A stretch of DNA of 64,000 nt from Spizellomyces punctatus DAOM BR117 (GCA_000182565.2 KQ257450.1), one strand, 5' to 3'. Shown: positions 40,588-53,913, counted from the stretch's first letter. Notes: a model not told the origin generated them from the sequence alone. Program-made: numbers and translations.

Positions 40588-41684
40588 TAGTGCGGAGCCA
40601 ATGGGTATTGGCACTAGCACCCGCACCAGGGATTGAACCGGCGACAACCGATTCGGAAAAGCTAACTAGCTAATCTACGCTACGGCTGGAACACTCCTGC
40701 GGCTGAACACCTCTGGTCTACCGTGTCCATCCAACATTGATTGCACGATCGTTACCATATTGCAGGTGCTCAGTGTATCTCGATTCCAGTAACGCATTCC
40801 CAATGTCCAGGCTTGCTGCAAACAGTTAGGGTTGTGTGAAAGGGTGGTGGTGCATGGCTCAATGCGTGACAAGATGTCGACACAAGTACACCGTCCTCTC
40901 GTAGGTTCGGGCCATGGAATCTACCGTACTGTAACTATCCTAACTACTGGGCAAGAGCTGGAGTGCTGTAGTAGAAGGTAACTCTATCCAGTGACTTAGG
41001 TGATACGGCAGTACCTATGGCCTAGTCCGTCTGTACCTCAGTAGGACGGGTGCTAGTAATGGGATCCCGTGTTGGGATTAGTATACGGCTTTACGCCGTA
41101 CTAAGAACTAACTGTCCGTCTTATATATCTGAGTTAATCCGTACTGTATTGTCATCTACAGTTCAGCTTATCTTTCTCCCGGGGGCCTGGGGCTCCCGTA
41201 TTTATATCTGTCCTAAGACCTACAACTAGTCTGAAAAACCTTTTTACGGCTTGTAGTCCAGCATGGCCTGATCTACTAGGTCACCTGACCGTACTAGGTT
41301 ATCCTGTCACGTGCAATACAATCATCTACACGCTAAGTTCTTCTACTAGACGTCCCTTTCACAGTTTGTCGAGTTTTTCAAGCTTTTGCTTTTTCTTTGG
41401 TGGCATGATGATATCTGTGGGAAAAGATGAAAACCTGGGAAATGGGAAGAGAAGGCGGGTTTATATAGAAATATGACAATGCGCACATTGGACCCCTGTG
41501 GCAACTGCAGAATATTCCTCTCATAGATGGCTGCAAAGGGATAGTAATTGCAATCCGTTCATTGCCGGTTTTTCAATGGTGGAGCATCTCTGTGGGCATA
41601 GTTCATTTGCCTAAATCGAGTAAAATTATGATTAAATTGGTTGGAATCTATGTACTAGTGCCAATACCCATCGGCTCCGCACTA
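40588..41684. mobile_element. Non-autonomous TIR DNA element (MITE-like) with probable TA target-site duplication
   Basis: 40588-40620 and 41652-41684 are inverted repeats (31/33 match) whose outer ends are TA; no transposase ORF inside. Confidence 0.72.
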
Positions 41685-41956
41685 TGGAACAGCGCGCACT
41701 GAAGCTGTCATTGTTCAGTAGATCACTGTAAATCATCGTTGCTCCGAGACGTATACAGGGGCTCAGGCGAAAAGGCTCTTGCAACAGCCTGTGGGGGTAG
41801 CATTTTCTGGCGCGAGGTACCCTGCTTGTTATCACTGAACTTACCATGTGAGCGACCTTAATGGGAACTGTTTTTTTATATCAGTTGTAACGAAGCGCTT
41901 GGCAGCTTTCCTACCGTATAGCCCTCTGCTCTCACTTCACCGCCTTTGTCTAACAA

Positions 41957-44900
41957 ATGGAAAGAGCATTTGCAACGCCAGGACGACCATTCCTACATTC
42001 GCAGGGTTGGTAACCTGTTTGAAGAGCGATCTTCTGGAGGCCCCATCTTAAAGTTTATACTTGATAGCACGGGGATCCAGCACTTCGCAGCCATGGGCTT
42101 CATCCATCGGTTCATCTGCACAATCCTCCCACCCCAATGACCATCTAGGGAACAGTTCCTTGCCGGTTTCCTCTAACCGCCGAAGTGAGTACCTAGATAT
42201 GGCTCCTTCATTCATGATGCGGCTGTAAAAGTATGGGTCTTTTGCAGAAGTCCGTAGGCACTCTCGGCCACAAGTAGAAAGTGTTAGGGTAGGTACTTGA
42301 ACTGAAAGACCCATCTGTACCTCCGACTGAAAAATGCTCCAATTTTAGGATCCGAATTCACTGTATACATCTCTTCTTCAGCGAGCTGATGTGAGTACCT
42401 TTCATCTTTCTCGTTGCTTTTGGTGATAGGAGCCTTACGTGGAGGATTTCTTGACTCAATGCAGAATGTCATAAAGACCGCGCAAGGTAATGGCGCGAGA
42501 TTGATGAGCTGCGATCCTTACGGCCTGGCCAATCTTTCCAACACTTATAACAGGCGAAGAATACATTATCGGAGAAGATTATGTAAATTTTGCGACGATG
42601 CTCAAGGACAGCAATGTGAAGGATCTTCTTTTTGAAAACGGACTGGTTGACCAATACCAAGCATATTGCCTCAATAAGTGCGTCATATCGCTTGGAAGGT
42701 TCTTGCTTGATTTTAAAAGACTGATACTGTACATTCATGGTAGAGTGAAAGAGCTACACGAGGTGGAGACGTCTGATCCGATTTTTAACGTCACTAAGGA
42801 GGCAATGGAACTGCGATGGTGGAAAATGGAGGCAAACACGTGGCAGCTGATAAAATTATTGCTCGAGTTCGTATCAATTTGACGAGTTCCTCAATCCATT
42901 TTGCCCTATCCCTAACCGACGAGGTTGCCAGACAGCGATTTCAAGCTGACGACTTGATGGAAGATCTCCCAACCGCCGATGAGAATGCCAGTGATAGCGC
43001 TCTAGTTGAAAACTTCAACGATAGAGCATTTGGGGAGGTGACGGTAAAAGAGACTGCCGAAGGTCCTTTGGCCACGATCACCTAGTAAATATTTCTATCT
43101 CTGTTAACCTGTACTAGGCCGTTCTGTCATGGTTGGAGGAAACCACACCGGGCGAGTTTCATCCTGTGGAGGTCCGACGAGGGTATTGGATGCATACTGT
43201 GAAGCACATCAACGATACAAGGAGAGCCGGAAGGCGTCCACCAAACGATGACACGGTGACTGAAGCGGATCCAGATGCACCAATCCGCCAACATAAGCGA
43301 TTGAAGGCAGAAGATGCGGTCAGTATCAATGTTGAGACTTGTGATAACCATTAGACTCACAAATGGATGTAAAGGATTATGAGTCGACATTGCATCGTAC
43401 AGCGTTCGAGTACATTAGACGCGGGCAAATTGAAGATGCGATGGATCTGTACCAGCAGTGCGACCAGCCTTGGCGAGCTGCCTCTCTACAGGGCGGATTT
43501 CTATGGAATGATCCAGAAAGGGGTAATTCTCAAGTTCTTAATGCATGAGCCTGTGACGCTAGAGTTAACGTCGATCCCTATACAGAAGGCGCCGAGAAAA
43601 AATTGGGCAATCAGAATCGCGATCTATGGAAAGCGGTCTGCTTTCAAATTGCTTCAAACGTGAGAGAGCAATTCGGTCAATATGAGTAACATAAGTTATA
43701 GCGCAGACTGAAACGAGTCATACAGGAATCGTTCGATCCCTATGAGAGAGCAACTTATGCGATTCTTGCAGGCGATGTGCAAAATGTAAGGATGAATGGA
43801 GCATTCTGCGATGAGGTTCGCTTGAATTGCTCATCGTCGCTCGCGTTATAGGCTGCTCAAGTGTGCAAGCACTGGGAAGATCACTTGTGGATGCATTACC
43901 GTGCTCTCCAAGACGGAATGGTTGACGAGGTGGATAAAGGTCTTTCCAAATGTCTCCGCTGCAACTGCCACTCAACCCGCTTTTTTACCCACCAGCGACT
44001 TCGATCTGTCCCTTTGCCAAATGAGCCGACAGATAAGGTGCAGATAGATGGTCCGATGGAGCCGCTAGAGCCTAGTGCAATTTTCGAGCACTTGGAGAAG
44101 AGCGACAATCAACATTTGAGGTATCAGTTGGGTCTATACCATAATTTGATGGACGTTACTGATCTCTGTTAGCAGAAGAGCCGCACAGGAACCATTTCAC
44201 GTCGTGCAAAAGAGCATTATTTTAAACACTCTGAATAAGTTCCTTTCACATTTCCGGTCTCAGCTAAGCAATCCGAAGGGTGCCGACACCATAAGGTATT
44301 TATCTTCTCGGTTTTATGTGACAATTTACGGATAGTTTCAACTCACCCAATGATTCAAGTGCGGCACTGTCTCCGCACTTTTTGCGATTTGTGACACATT
44401 TCATAATTCTCCTGCGAGACCTTTCGGAGCCGGTTCCATCAGAAGATGCAGATTTCATAATAGAGAAGTACGTGGAAATGCTCACGGAGGCGCACAAGGT
44501 GAGATTCTGCTTCATCGTCTATGCAGTATAAAATTTCTAACCATCCGATCACAGAATGACCTCATTGCCCAGTATGCATCATATCTTCCTAGTGGAACTC
44601 AAGTCGATCGCTATGCATTGTTCTTGCAGAGTAAGGAGACTGAATTTGTCGCCCCCAGTCTTGCTCGGGATCGTCATCTAATTTTTGATACCTTATAGAT
44701 GTACTTGAAGATCCCGAGCCGCTCAAGTACCTTGAATTGGCAGCAAGCAATGGCCTCGACTGCCAGCGCGTTGCGCAAGCTGCATTCCACCGTGCACTGC
44801 TGCAGGGCGTTCTCAAAGTAATCTGGGATTGCGATTCATTAGGCTTGCTTGAATACTCTCGCTCACACACGCTGTTCATTAGGAACCTGTAGTCACATCG

Positions 44901-46127
44901 TCCCCGGCTGACTTAGCCATTGCAGAGTTAAACGACGGTCCCACTAAAGCGGAAGAGAGACAGATCATGGCTCTGGGATGGCTTCTATGGGAACCCGCCA
45001 TGAAGGAACATGCGTTGTTTTGCAGCAATCTGCTCATTCGAAGGTTTTTAGGTTCGTCCCTGAATCGACTGACATTGACTGGCCTGATCATCTGATGAAT
45101 GTACTCCAGCACTGGGCCGTATCAATTCCGCAATCCGAGTCCGTGAGTTTCTGCAAAGATGGTTTGGTACACCCAAGTATTCCGACCAGCTCGTGCGGAT
45201 TGAATGGCTTTATGGCACTTTGCCGGGCGGATCGCCTTACGATCACCCCACCGAAGTGGAAGAGGCAGCTCGGGAGCATCTGCATTACAGTTCATTTTTT
45301 GACGCGATACAACTGCATGCCCAGTGGTTGTCGTTGTGGTACTCCAAGCCTCCATCCCAAATGTAAGCTCTCAATTTACGGCTATCTAGGCACATCATAA
45401 TCATCTAACGCCTTCTTGACTCATAGGCATGACATTGAAGGATACTCATCGGTGCCGTACCGAAAATGGATGCACGATATGAAGGTGAGGTTCATTCACG
45501 AGATGTCTGAGCGCGATGTTCAGATTTGATCGTCTAATTTCTTGATATAGGCCATTACAGCTACAGTACAGGAGTCTTTTAGAAACTTTCTGGACTTGGG
45601 CTGGTTGGTACCGGAACACGAAGAAGCAAGCGCGTCGGAAGGAGCGAGAACAGAAGAGCTTGAAGTAACAGAAACCGAGGGAGAAGACTGGGAGAAACTT
45701 GAATTGGAACAAACTGTCCGTGAGAGCAACAACGAGCTTCAATCGGCAGGGTTGAAGACGGGTACGTTTGGTGGCTGATGCAGATATGACGGATGATCTA
45801 TTTATGCTCATGGTGTCGCTGTAGGAGACCGGCAACGACTGCGAGAACTTGCGAGCTTAGGAGATATTTATATTCCTCTCATAGTGAACTACTACTATCA
45901 AGTGCTTTCGGAAACGAGGAAGTTGATTCCAGCGTAAGTGTTTGGAATATATTACCCCAGACATGGCGGCTGACGCATGAGCTTATCCTAGCAATCTGCA
46001 AGAGACCATGAAGTTAGTGTGGCAGGTGGAGGATCAAACTTCCGATCTGCATGAGCATTTCAAAAGGGCGTGCAAGCTGGAGGCTTTCCTTGAGAAGGTT
46101 CGTCAATCGGGCATTCGATATGAGTAG
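41957..46127 (+). CDS. NUP84: Nucleoporin Nup107/Nup84, highly intron-rich
   Basis: WKMEANTWQL, GYWMHT, DPDAPIRQ, FEYIRRGQIEDA..QCDQPWRAASLQG, WEDHLW; N-terminal exons reconstructed in frame from ATG 41957. Confidence 0.92.
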
Positions 46128-46330
46128 ATAGTTATTGTAGCAAGAAAAGAGAAGGAATATGGCATGGGTAACCCCACGCATAAAACATCATGAATACACC
46201 TGCGTTTGGTGTTCAAATGCATTGTCAGATCATGGTTTTTTCTGTAGTACAGACCGATATGAATGCAATATAATATAAAAAAACCGTGAGGTACACCTAG
46301 TATGCTAGCTCATCAATCAATAGCGGGGGA

Positions 46331-48329
46331 TCACCAATCGCCATCATCGTCATCGTCATCGTCATCGTCGTCAGAGTCTGTGTTCAAAACATTATTATGG
46401 TAAGTTTAAAGGAGTTCAGCTCATAGGAGAGCCGTATTGCATTTACCTGCTAGCGCCGGACGACGGTCCTCTAGAGCTCTTCTCAGGGCTTCGGCAATAC
46501 TATCGCCTCTATCAACTGGTTCCGGCGGGGTTGTTGATTCGTCCTTTTGCACAGTTTTGAGAGCCCCAATACCTCCCGCAGCACGGATAGACGCAAGTAG
46601 ATCGCCCCGGTCAAGGCCGCCAGATGGTGCCGCCGGAGTACGAGGCGGCGCAGCCGGTGCACTCGGACCATCAGAGCGAGGCGGTGGAGGAGGAGGTGGT
46701 GCTCCAAATGCCGGCGGCGGTGGTGGAGGTGGCGGACCTCCACTGCTGGGCGATACTTCCTGATACGACGCCACAGGAGGTGGAGGTGCAGGAACATGTC
46801 GAGCAGGCGGGGGCGGTGCAGGAGTGGGAACGGCAGGAGTTGCACGGCGTGGCGGCTCTGGAGGAGGCGCGGCTGCACGGGAAGGTGGAGGAGGTGGAGG
46901 ATTGCGGCGAGTCGGCGGCGGAGGTGGTGGCGCACGTCGTCCTATTTCCGAAGTCATTGGTAAGATTTAGGCTTTCTTAATGTCCATGCCAGCTCACATA
47001 CCACCAGTTGCGCCACCCGCGTTCGGAATAGCAGGGGGAGCCGAAATCGCAGGCGAAGTATCTCGAGCTGGTAGTGACGGTTTCGCTCCCACTCCGCCCT
47101 CTGCAGTATATTGCTTCATGAAATTCTTCACGAATTTCGCCGTCTTCTTATCTTGAAGTTGTTCCTACAAATTGGCCAGGAGTCATTTTTTACTATCTAC
47201 TCAATGCCCATCTTCCCGACTAATTGCATACCTCCGTAATGCCGGCCTTTGCAAAGATTGCTTGCCATTCTTTAGGAATATTGTGTGCCTGTAAAACACA
47301 TGCATCAGTGTCATTTATTCCCAATGTGAAAAAAGGGCATCATACCGTGAATCCGGACTTCGGATTATAGCCAACATGAGTAATGTGCCTGAGAAATTAC
47401 ATAGATTAGTCGACCATTCTTAGGCTTGTGTTCTGCGGAGTTTTAGCTAGATCACTCACTGGAAATTCGAAGGTGCAGAAATCTGTGAAGCGTCGAGTTT
47501 GCCGCGCTTTTTGTCCGATTTAGTTTTGCGAAGACTACCGGAGAAAATCCTACTTGATCTGGCAGAATCGGTTTTCATGCTTCGAATTGAATCTGCACTA
47601 GGACTAGGAACTATTCCACTGGGAGTAGGGGATGTCGACGGCACTAAATTTGGCGAATCTTAGTAACGTGAAGGTAAACTGGAATCCAAAAATGTAATAC
47701 CCTGTGGAGGAGCCGGCTGTGGCCTAAAAGGAGGTTGTGGGGGGGTTGCAGTAGCAGTAGCTGGTGGTGCATGTGATTCCTTTCTGTTGAAGGTATCATA
47801 GAAATCGCTTGCTTCACTCTCATCGGCAAATGAAATGCCTATCATAGAATCCTGACATGGGGCGATCAGTTTAATATGCTCAGCAATGCTCAAGATCAAA
47901 AGATATACCTACCGGTCCCACGAAACTATGAAAAAATGGCCGATCTTTCTGATATTTCACATCATCCGTGACATCATACTCCCAAAGAATACGACCAGCC
48001 TTTCAACAGAAGCAGCTCAGAAACTCAATATGAACTGGATTAGCGCGGAGCATAGAGCGTACCGGTACTTCAATCAGCTGTAGAGCAAATCCGGCGTTTT
48101 GTTTACGGCCCAATACTATAGCGCCGACATTCCCAGTGTACGACCATTCATTCTGCTGCGAGGTGTAAAGTCGCGCGGCTGTGGATGCAAGGACCTAGGC
48201 AACATGCATATAGCGCAGGAATAAGCCAAAAGCACCAAATCCGCCGAACCATAACTTGAGGCGCACCTCCAATCCACGAGCAGCCGTGCGTATACTTCTA
48301 TTGTCTTCAGGAAGTAATGTTCCTGGCAT
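46331..48329 (-). CDS. WASP-family actin nucleation promoting factor (WH1-CRIB/GBD-polyPro-WH2-C-A)
   Basis: WH1 (AARLY..EWSYTG, PFFHSF, ISFADESEASDF), CRIB ISAPSNFQHITHVGY, polyproline, RGDLLASIR..LKTV, acidic DDDDGDW* end. Confidence 0.92.
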
Positions 48330-48585
48330 AGTTGGACAATGTAAAAGACGCCAGTCAAGTGAAAATCAGAGGCTCCAGCAGAAACTTTCCCGAGCTTTCA
48401 ACGATGCTGTTAAAGATGCAGATTCAAGTTGCCAAATGGGATGCCAAGATGCTTGGCGCCTTGTTGGTCACCTGTGATAAATAACATCCAAGGTTATAAA
48501 TGATTGCCTAAGCTTCCACCAGCGACCTTCAGCTTTTGACTTTCCTTTTTAACGATCTGCTTTTTTTAACAATCTGCTTTTTGCC

Positions 48586-50445
48586 ATGGGACAGTGGGAG
48601 CCTTGTCCAGTGTGCGATTTTCCGTTCGAGATTGGAGATCCACAGTTTGAAGTCCACGTAAACGGGCACTATGAAGCGGAGGAGACTAACCAAGTCGTCG
48701 CTGCTCAACATCTTGTAACAAACGTCTCCAGTGCATCTGATGTACCTGCTGAAGACTCTACTCTGAGAGCGACCCGCCCCAACTGGAATGGAAATGCAAC
48801 AAGCTCACATACAAACTTAGATGTACGTTGTCACGTCTTCCCTGCGTTCGCGACCTGCTGAGAGCTTGTCTATACACATTGTGTCGCTCGTTGGGTGTAT
48901 AGCAACGTCAAGGTCCTCAGACAACTTTGCCTTCTCCAACACCAAGTGTACACATCCAGCGTCTCCTATATAGAGAACTTTCTGCATATTGTATGCATAT
49001 TGAACTTTTTTTTCAAAGTCTCCAGTTTTTCATAATCCAATGAAGCGACCGGATCGATCTTTCGCAGGGAAGCAACCTCTGCCAAAGCGACAAACGAAGG
49101 ATTTGCGGAAGGGAGGAGAAGAACCAGCAAAGTCCGCATCTGATGGCCGTATGACGCCAGGTATTTCGATCTCTCCATCCAACTATGTTCTGAAACGTAT
49201 ATACGCATGTAGATCCTGAGTAACATCTCTGCAGGTATTATCCCTAAGCTCACATCCCTATTAAAGGATAATGCACATGCGAAAGTACAATCCAAAAATT
49301 CCCTGAATCAAACGAAATTAGCGTATACCTGTCATTCCTCTGTAATACATTATGAAGGAAGTATTATGGATAGAGGTTGGGGATGTGGCTACCGCAATTT
49401 TCAAATGTTACTATCAAGCCTACTCCAAATGCCACCTTATCGGGATCTTGTGATTGCATCGCTGCAGCAAGACTGTGATCCACGCAGTGAATGCTTGCGG
49501 GTCCCTGAAATTGCCACGTTACAAAGCATGGCCGAGAGTGCTTGGAGGGCCGGGTTTGACCAGGTACCTTGTTCCTGTGAGACTTACTGGCAGGTAGCTG
49601 GTGCTGATTTGCGCCAGATGGGTGCCAGCCACTTCTCTGGCCGTTTAGTAGGATCACGGAAATGGATTGGCGCCACAGAAATCGCGGCCACTCTTCTGTG
49701 GATGGGGATAAGGTATAAGCGCAACAAAGATGATGCTACCATTTGGGTCATACCAACGTTTGATATCAGAGTGACAGTATATGACTTCCATCGGCCCTCG
49801 GGTTCAGATGGCAAACACCATGCGGTTCTGGACACGGTTGAGCAATACTTTAGGGAAGCAGCCCAAGAAGCTGTCGCACAGCAATCTGAAGGATTAAAGC
49901 GGTTTGGATTTACTTCAACAAGTGAGCGAGCCATAATTACCTCCAGCGAAAAGCCACCGTAAGCACGGGGAGTTGAGCTCAGTTCTACCTGGCTTTCTAA
50001 TGGAGATCACTCTTAGTCTCTACTTCCAACATCAAGGACACAGCCGGACGATCGTCGGCATTGAGACTTTGCGATCTGGGGTACGGAATCTACTCGTTTA
50101 CGATCCCAGTAACAGCGTCGCGGAGGACCTGCGGTCTCCTCTTTCGAGTTCGCCAATGTCAACGTCTTCGTGCAATGCGAAAGGACTGCCGAAAAAGGAA
50201 ACAAATTCTTTGAGCGGGACACCTATTCCTTTTGGCACCACCCAACGGCTCCTTCGATCTTATCGTGTGGGATTAGAGCAGCTTGCGAAACATACACAAT
50301 ATCAAGTCGTAGCAGTTACAGGTATGGCCGCGTTCGTGTCCTGAATAACCGGCACCGTCTGATAACGCGCACATCAGGGGTAGGATGGAATTCAGAAGCG
50401 GAACGGGAGAGAGGAAAGATACTGACATCGCAGAGAATTCCATAA
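48586..50445 (+). CDS. ZUP1/ZUFSP/Mug105-family deubiquitinase (peptidase C78-like) with N-terminal zinc finger
   Basis: DRGWGCGYRNFQML, GSRKWIGATE, YFQHQGHSRTIVG, VYDP; N-terminal CPVC...FEVHVNGH. Confidence 0.9.
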
Positions 50446-50550
50446 GATTGAAACCATGGTAAATGCACATAATATCATGTGTTGTCCCGACTATTTACAA
50501 TGTTGGATAAAGTCCTGTGCATCTAATACCATTATGACTCTTTCTTAGGT

Positions 50551-52238
50551 TCAGTCGCCACCTCCTCTATCTCGTCTTCGTCTTCTACATCCAAAACCAT
50601 TTCCATGATATACTCTATATCGCCGCGCAATTTGCCGCAGAAATAGTCGATAGGAAGATCGTTCTGCGAAAAAGGGACAAAAGTCAGCCACTGGCTTTAA
50701 TCGAGATGGTAGTAAATGATGGATGCTGTCACGAACTTCGTCCGTCCCAAATGGTTCTTCAATTTCTCCCGCTATACAAGCGCGCGTAGTTAGCAATATT
50801 GTGACGTTCCGTCACAGATCGGACGTACCGTACCTATTGCATCTGCCCCAAAGAAGGCTAGGGAGGTGATTATAGTGACGGGTATCAGTAGCCATCCTAG
50901 TTGGCGGACAAGTTGAAAGGGTAGAGCTAGGAAATATACCAGCAGTATCTGTGTTGTGGAGAGTTAGTTTGTGACTTCCCTAGACATATATTGAACGCGT
51001 TCCACAGCGTGCCTGCTTCAGATGAATGTCGTACGATTTAGGCATAGGTATATATAGAATCTGACAGCAATCCAAAGTTTAGCGAATACTGTTACCACTA
51101 CATCCCATGCGAGCCTCTAACCTGCTCGAATTTTGATACGGCATCTATCATCGCATTGATGGCGTTTGATATTGAAGGAGTGTCCTCTAAATCCACTGTG
51201 CTCTGCTGCCGTTGGCGACGGACGTATGCGCTGATTCTGTGAATAATATCTAATGGCGCATTTATTACCAGTACATTCGTTTCTGGTTGCGGCCCGAAAG
51301 GTCTTCGGTACACGGGATAAGGACGTGAATATGGGGGTGGCGACGGCGCTACACTAGATATTGCAGATCCCTTGCTATAACTAGATCGATGTCGGAGCAA
51401 TACTAGTGGAGGGTGGGTACGCAGCCCAATATCTTTGCCCTCATACCCATCCCTACTGCCTGAGGTCGCGCCACCAGTGCTACCGCCAGTCGCTTGCTCC
51501 GACGTCCTTTCCTCATTCAGAGCTGCATTGGCCTCAGGACCAAAATCTACGAGACTGGATCGATAAGACTGACTCCCGTAGCCATGGGGAAGCAATCGGA
51601 TCAACTCTTGCTGTTCAAGGGCATTTTCGCCTCGTAACGCATATTTTGTAGCAATTGCAACAGCTAAGAGGAGCTTCATTATTTGGAGCTTCTCTTGATA
51701 AGCTTCTGGTGAGGGTGTACGAACACCGTTCCAAAGCAGGCGGCTTAGGGTTCTGATTTGGATGGATAATGCGGTCCATAGCTGAGCGCCCTGCCAATAA
51801 CGTTCAAACCCGCGATTGATACGAAAAGCTAACAGCATAGCCAGTGATACACCAAGAATCGCTATCAATCTGCCCATGCGTACCACATAAGGGGTGAGGC
51901 AAGTCCTGGCGATTTCCGGCTGAGGTATTTCGCTTACTTGTCGTCCATAGCAAGTTTCAAGCCCATGTTGTGGACAACCACAACAAAGGCCGCCCAAAGA
52001 GACAGTACAGATATAACTGGAGCTACCTTGGGAACTATCGTGTTCTTATATCGTAGGGCACCCAGTAGACTCTCGGCATAGCTAAAGGCCACGTTCCTTT
52101 TGCGATGAGCATTAGTTGGTGTCGAGATGATGCTCTCTGGTTATCAAATACCTACCGAAAATAGGGATGATAATGGGCGAAGCGTACCTCAGTAGGAAAA
52201 GCTGTATCGGATTTTGTTAACCCTGGTGGTCGTTCCAT
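50551..52238 (-). CDS. Bestrophin/UPF0187 (RFP-TM) anion channel
   Basis: LLAFRINRGFERYWQG, IPMPKSYDIHLKQ, IGEIEEPFGTDENDLP-type motif (spliced). Confidence 0.88.
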
Positions 52239-52325
52239 TCTCAAGTTTTTGTGGGATAATGCTCCAGCAACAGAGAGCTCGCGGACGAGGACGCGTGCAA
52301 GTACGCGTCTCCATCTCTGTGGGTC

Positions 52326-53651
52326 ATGCCTAACCAAACGCTGTTTACCTTTGGCTTCAATGCTTTTCAACAATGCGGCGACCAAATTTCCACGTCCACA
52401 GATGGGAGTGTTCGTCAAGAGTGCCCTGCAATACTAGCATCTACTCAAGGTCAACCTTCTATTGTTGGGTTAGCTGCAACATGGTCAGCGTCCTTCTCGT
52501 GCTGTGAAGATGGTTGCATAAGTATTTGGGGCTTCACAGAGCCTTTTGTTGGTGTTAAGGGTCTGTCTCACGCCAAGATCCGACTCAGTTCCGAAAAAGA
52601 ACTAGAGGTGAAAAAGATTGTTCCAGCGCGCCAGGACGCTCGAGACCGGCATGAGAGCACGATCTATGTTCTTACGGTGGAGAACTTACGCTTATTGAGT
52701 TTTGAAGAGCGAACTAAGGAGACCCCCCAGACTGGGCAGCTGAAACGAAAATTGGATGATATGGAGAGTGGACCTTTGTTTGAAATAGAAAATACGAACG
52801 ATGATAGGGCAGACAACCAAACATTCCGTATCAGAGAACATATCTTCCCATTTCAATGTCACGACGTTGCTGTGACCTATTTACAAGCTTGCGCTATTAC
52901 GTCCTCCGGTGATATCCTTACTTGGGCTCTAGGATCTACTGCATATAGACGTATCAATCCCGACACCCCGCAAGTCAACTTTCGCAGCCTTGCTGCTGGG
53001 GGAACCCATTTTTTAGCAATTTCTACTACCAACGATCTTTACACCTGGGGATATGGGTTGAAAGGACAACTGGGCCACGGTAATTCTGAGGTCCGCGAAC
53101 GTGAACTACCTACAGCGGTAGAGGCACTCCAAGGGTTGCGAGTCACTACTGTCGCAGGTGGAGGGTGGCACTCCGCCGCTACGACCAAAGATGGTGATCT
53201 TTACACATTGTAAGTGCCCGTTGGTTCTCTTGCTTTGCCCATGGATGGGCTCACCTAGGAGCACATTGCGATTGTTTACAGTGGATCGTCTGAACACCGA
53301 CAATTGGGACTGACCGATCAAGACCAGTCGGTCACCGATGCCACAGACTATCCAAATAACATAGCAACAAACGATGCTCTCCCTAATCCAGTTGACATGG
53401 ACTTCTCGTCGGCGGGGCTTATGGTGTCTTGCGGTTCAAATCATACTGTTATATCCGACGGGACTACACTCTACGGATGCGGTTGGAACAAATATGGTCA
53501 GCTTGGGCCGGTAGATGTCGGAGAAGACGTTCAGCAACTACGACAGATAGATCTGCCAAGACTTGCAGATGGACAGAGAATCAGCAATATTGTATGCGGC
53601 GGGTGGCACACACTGGTGTTAATAGAATGGGAAAGCATCCATGATTCCTAA
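52326..53651 (+). CDS. RCC1/BLIP-II repeat protein
   Basis: AAGGTHFLA, YTWGYGLKGQLGHG, VAGGGWHS, CGSNHT, GWNKYGQLG. Confidence 0.88.
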
Positions 53652-53913
53652 AACCCGATGGTTTGATGGTGTAGATGTCCAGTCCACAGCCCAGCATCCG
53701 CAACATGATTATGATTGTACATTGGATACTAACAGCCCCGGCTGCTCCGAGGGGAATGGATAAATTGTCCTCAGGTTAGCGGAAAGATCTCCAAATGCTT
53801 GGATTATGATGTTGAGTCCTCCCTCAGTCAGGAATCTATTCCACCAGTCTTTTTTTAAGAATTTTATGGGCCTCCCCCTCTACTCGGCTGTTTGTTGACC
53901 TCGTCGCGTCTAT

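Noticed and set aside
41027..41057. Helitron-like 3' end (CCGTC..GACGG hairpin then CTAG-T), sharing CGGGTGCTAGT with the left TIR region
   Set aside because: Hairpin is imperfect, no matching 5' end or RepHel ORF, and an 11-nt match is plausible by chance
46342..46372. (CATCGT)n repeat
   Set aside because: Encodes the poly-Asp acidic tail of WASP
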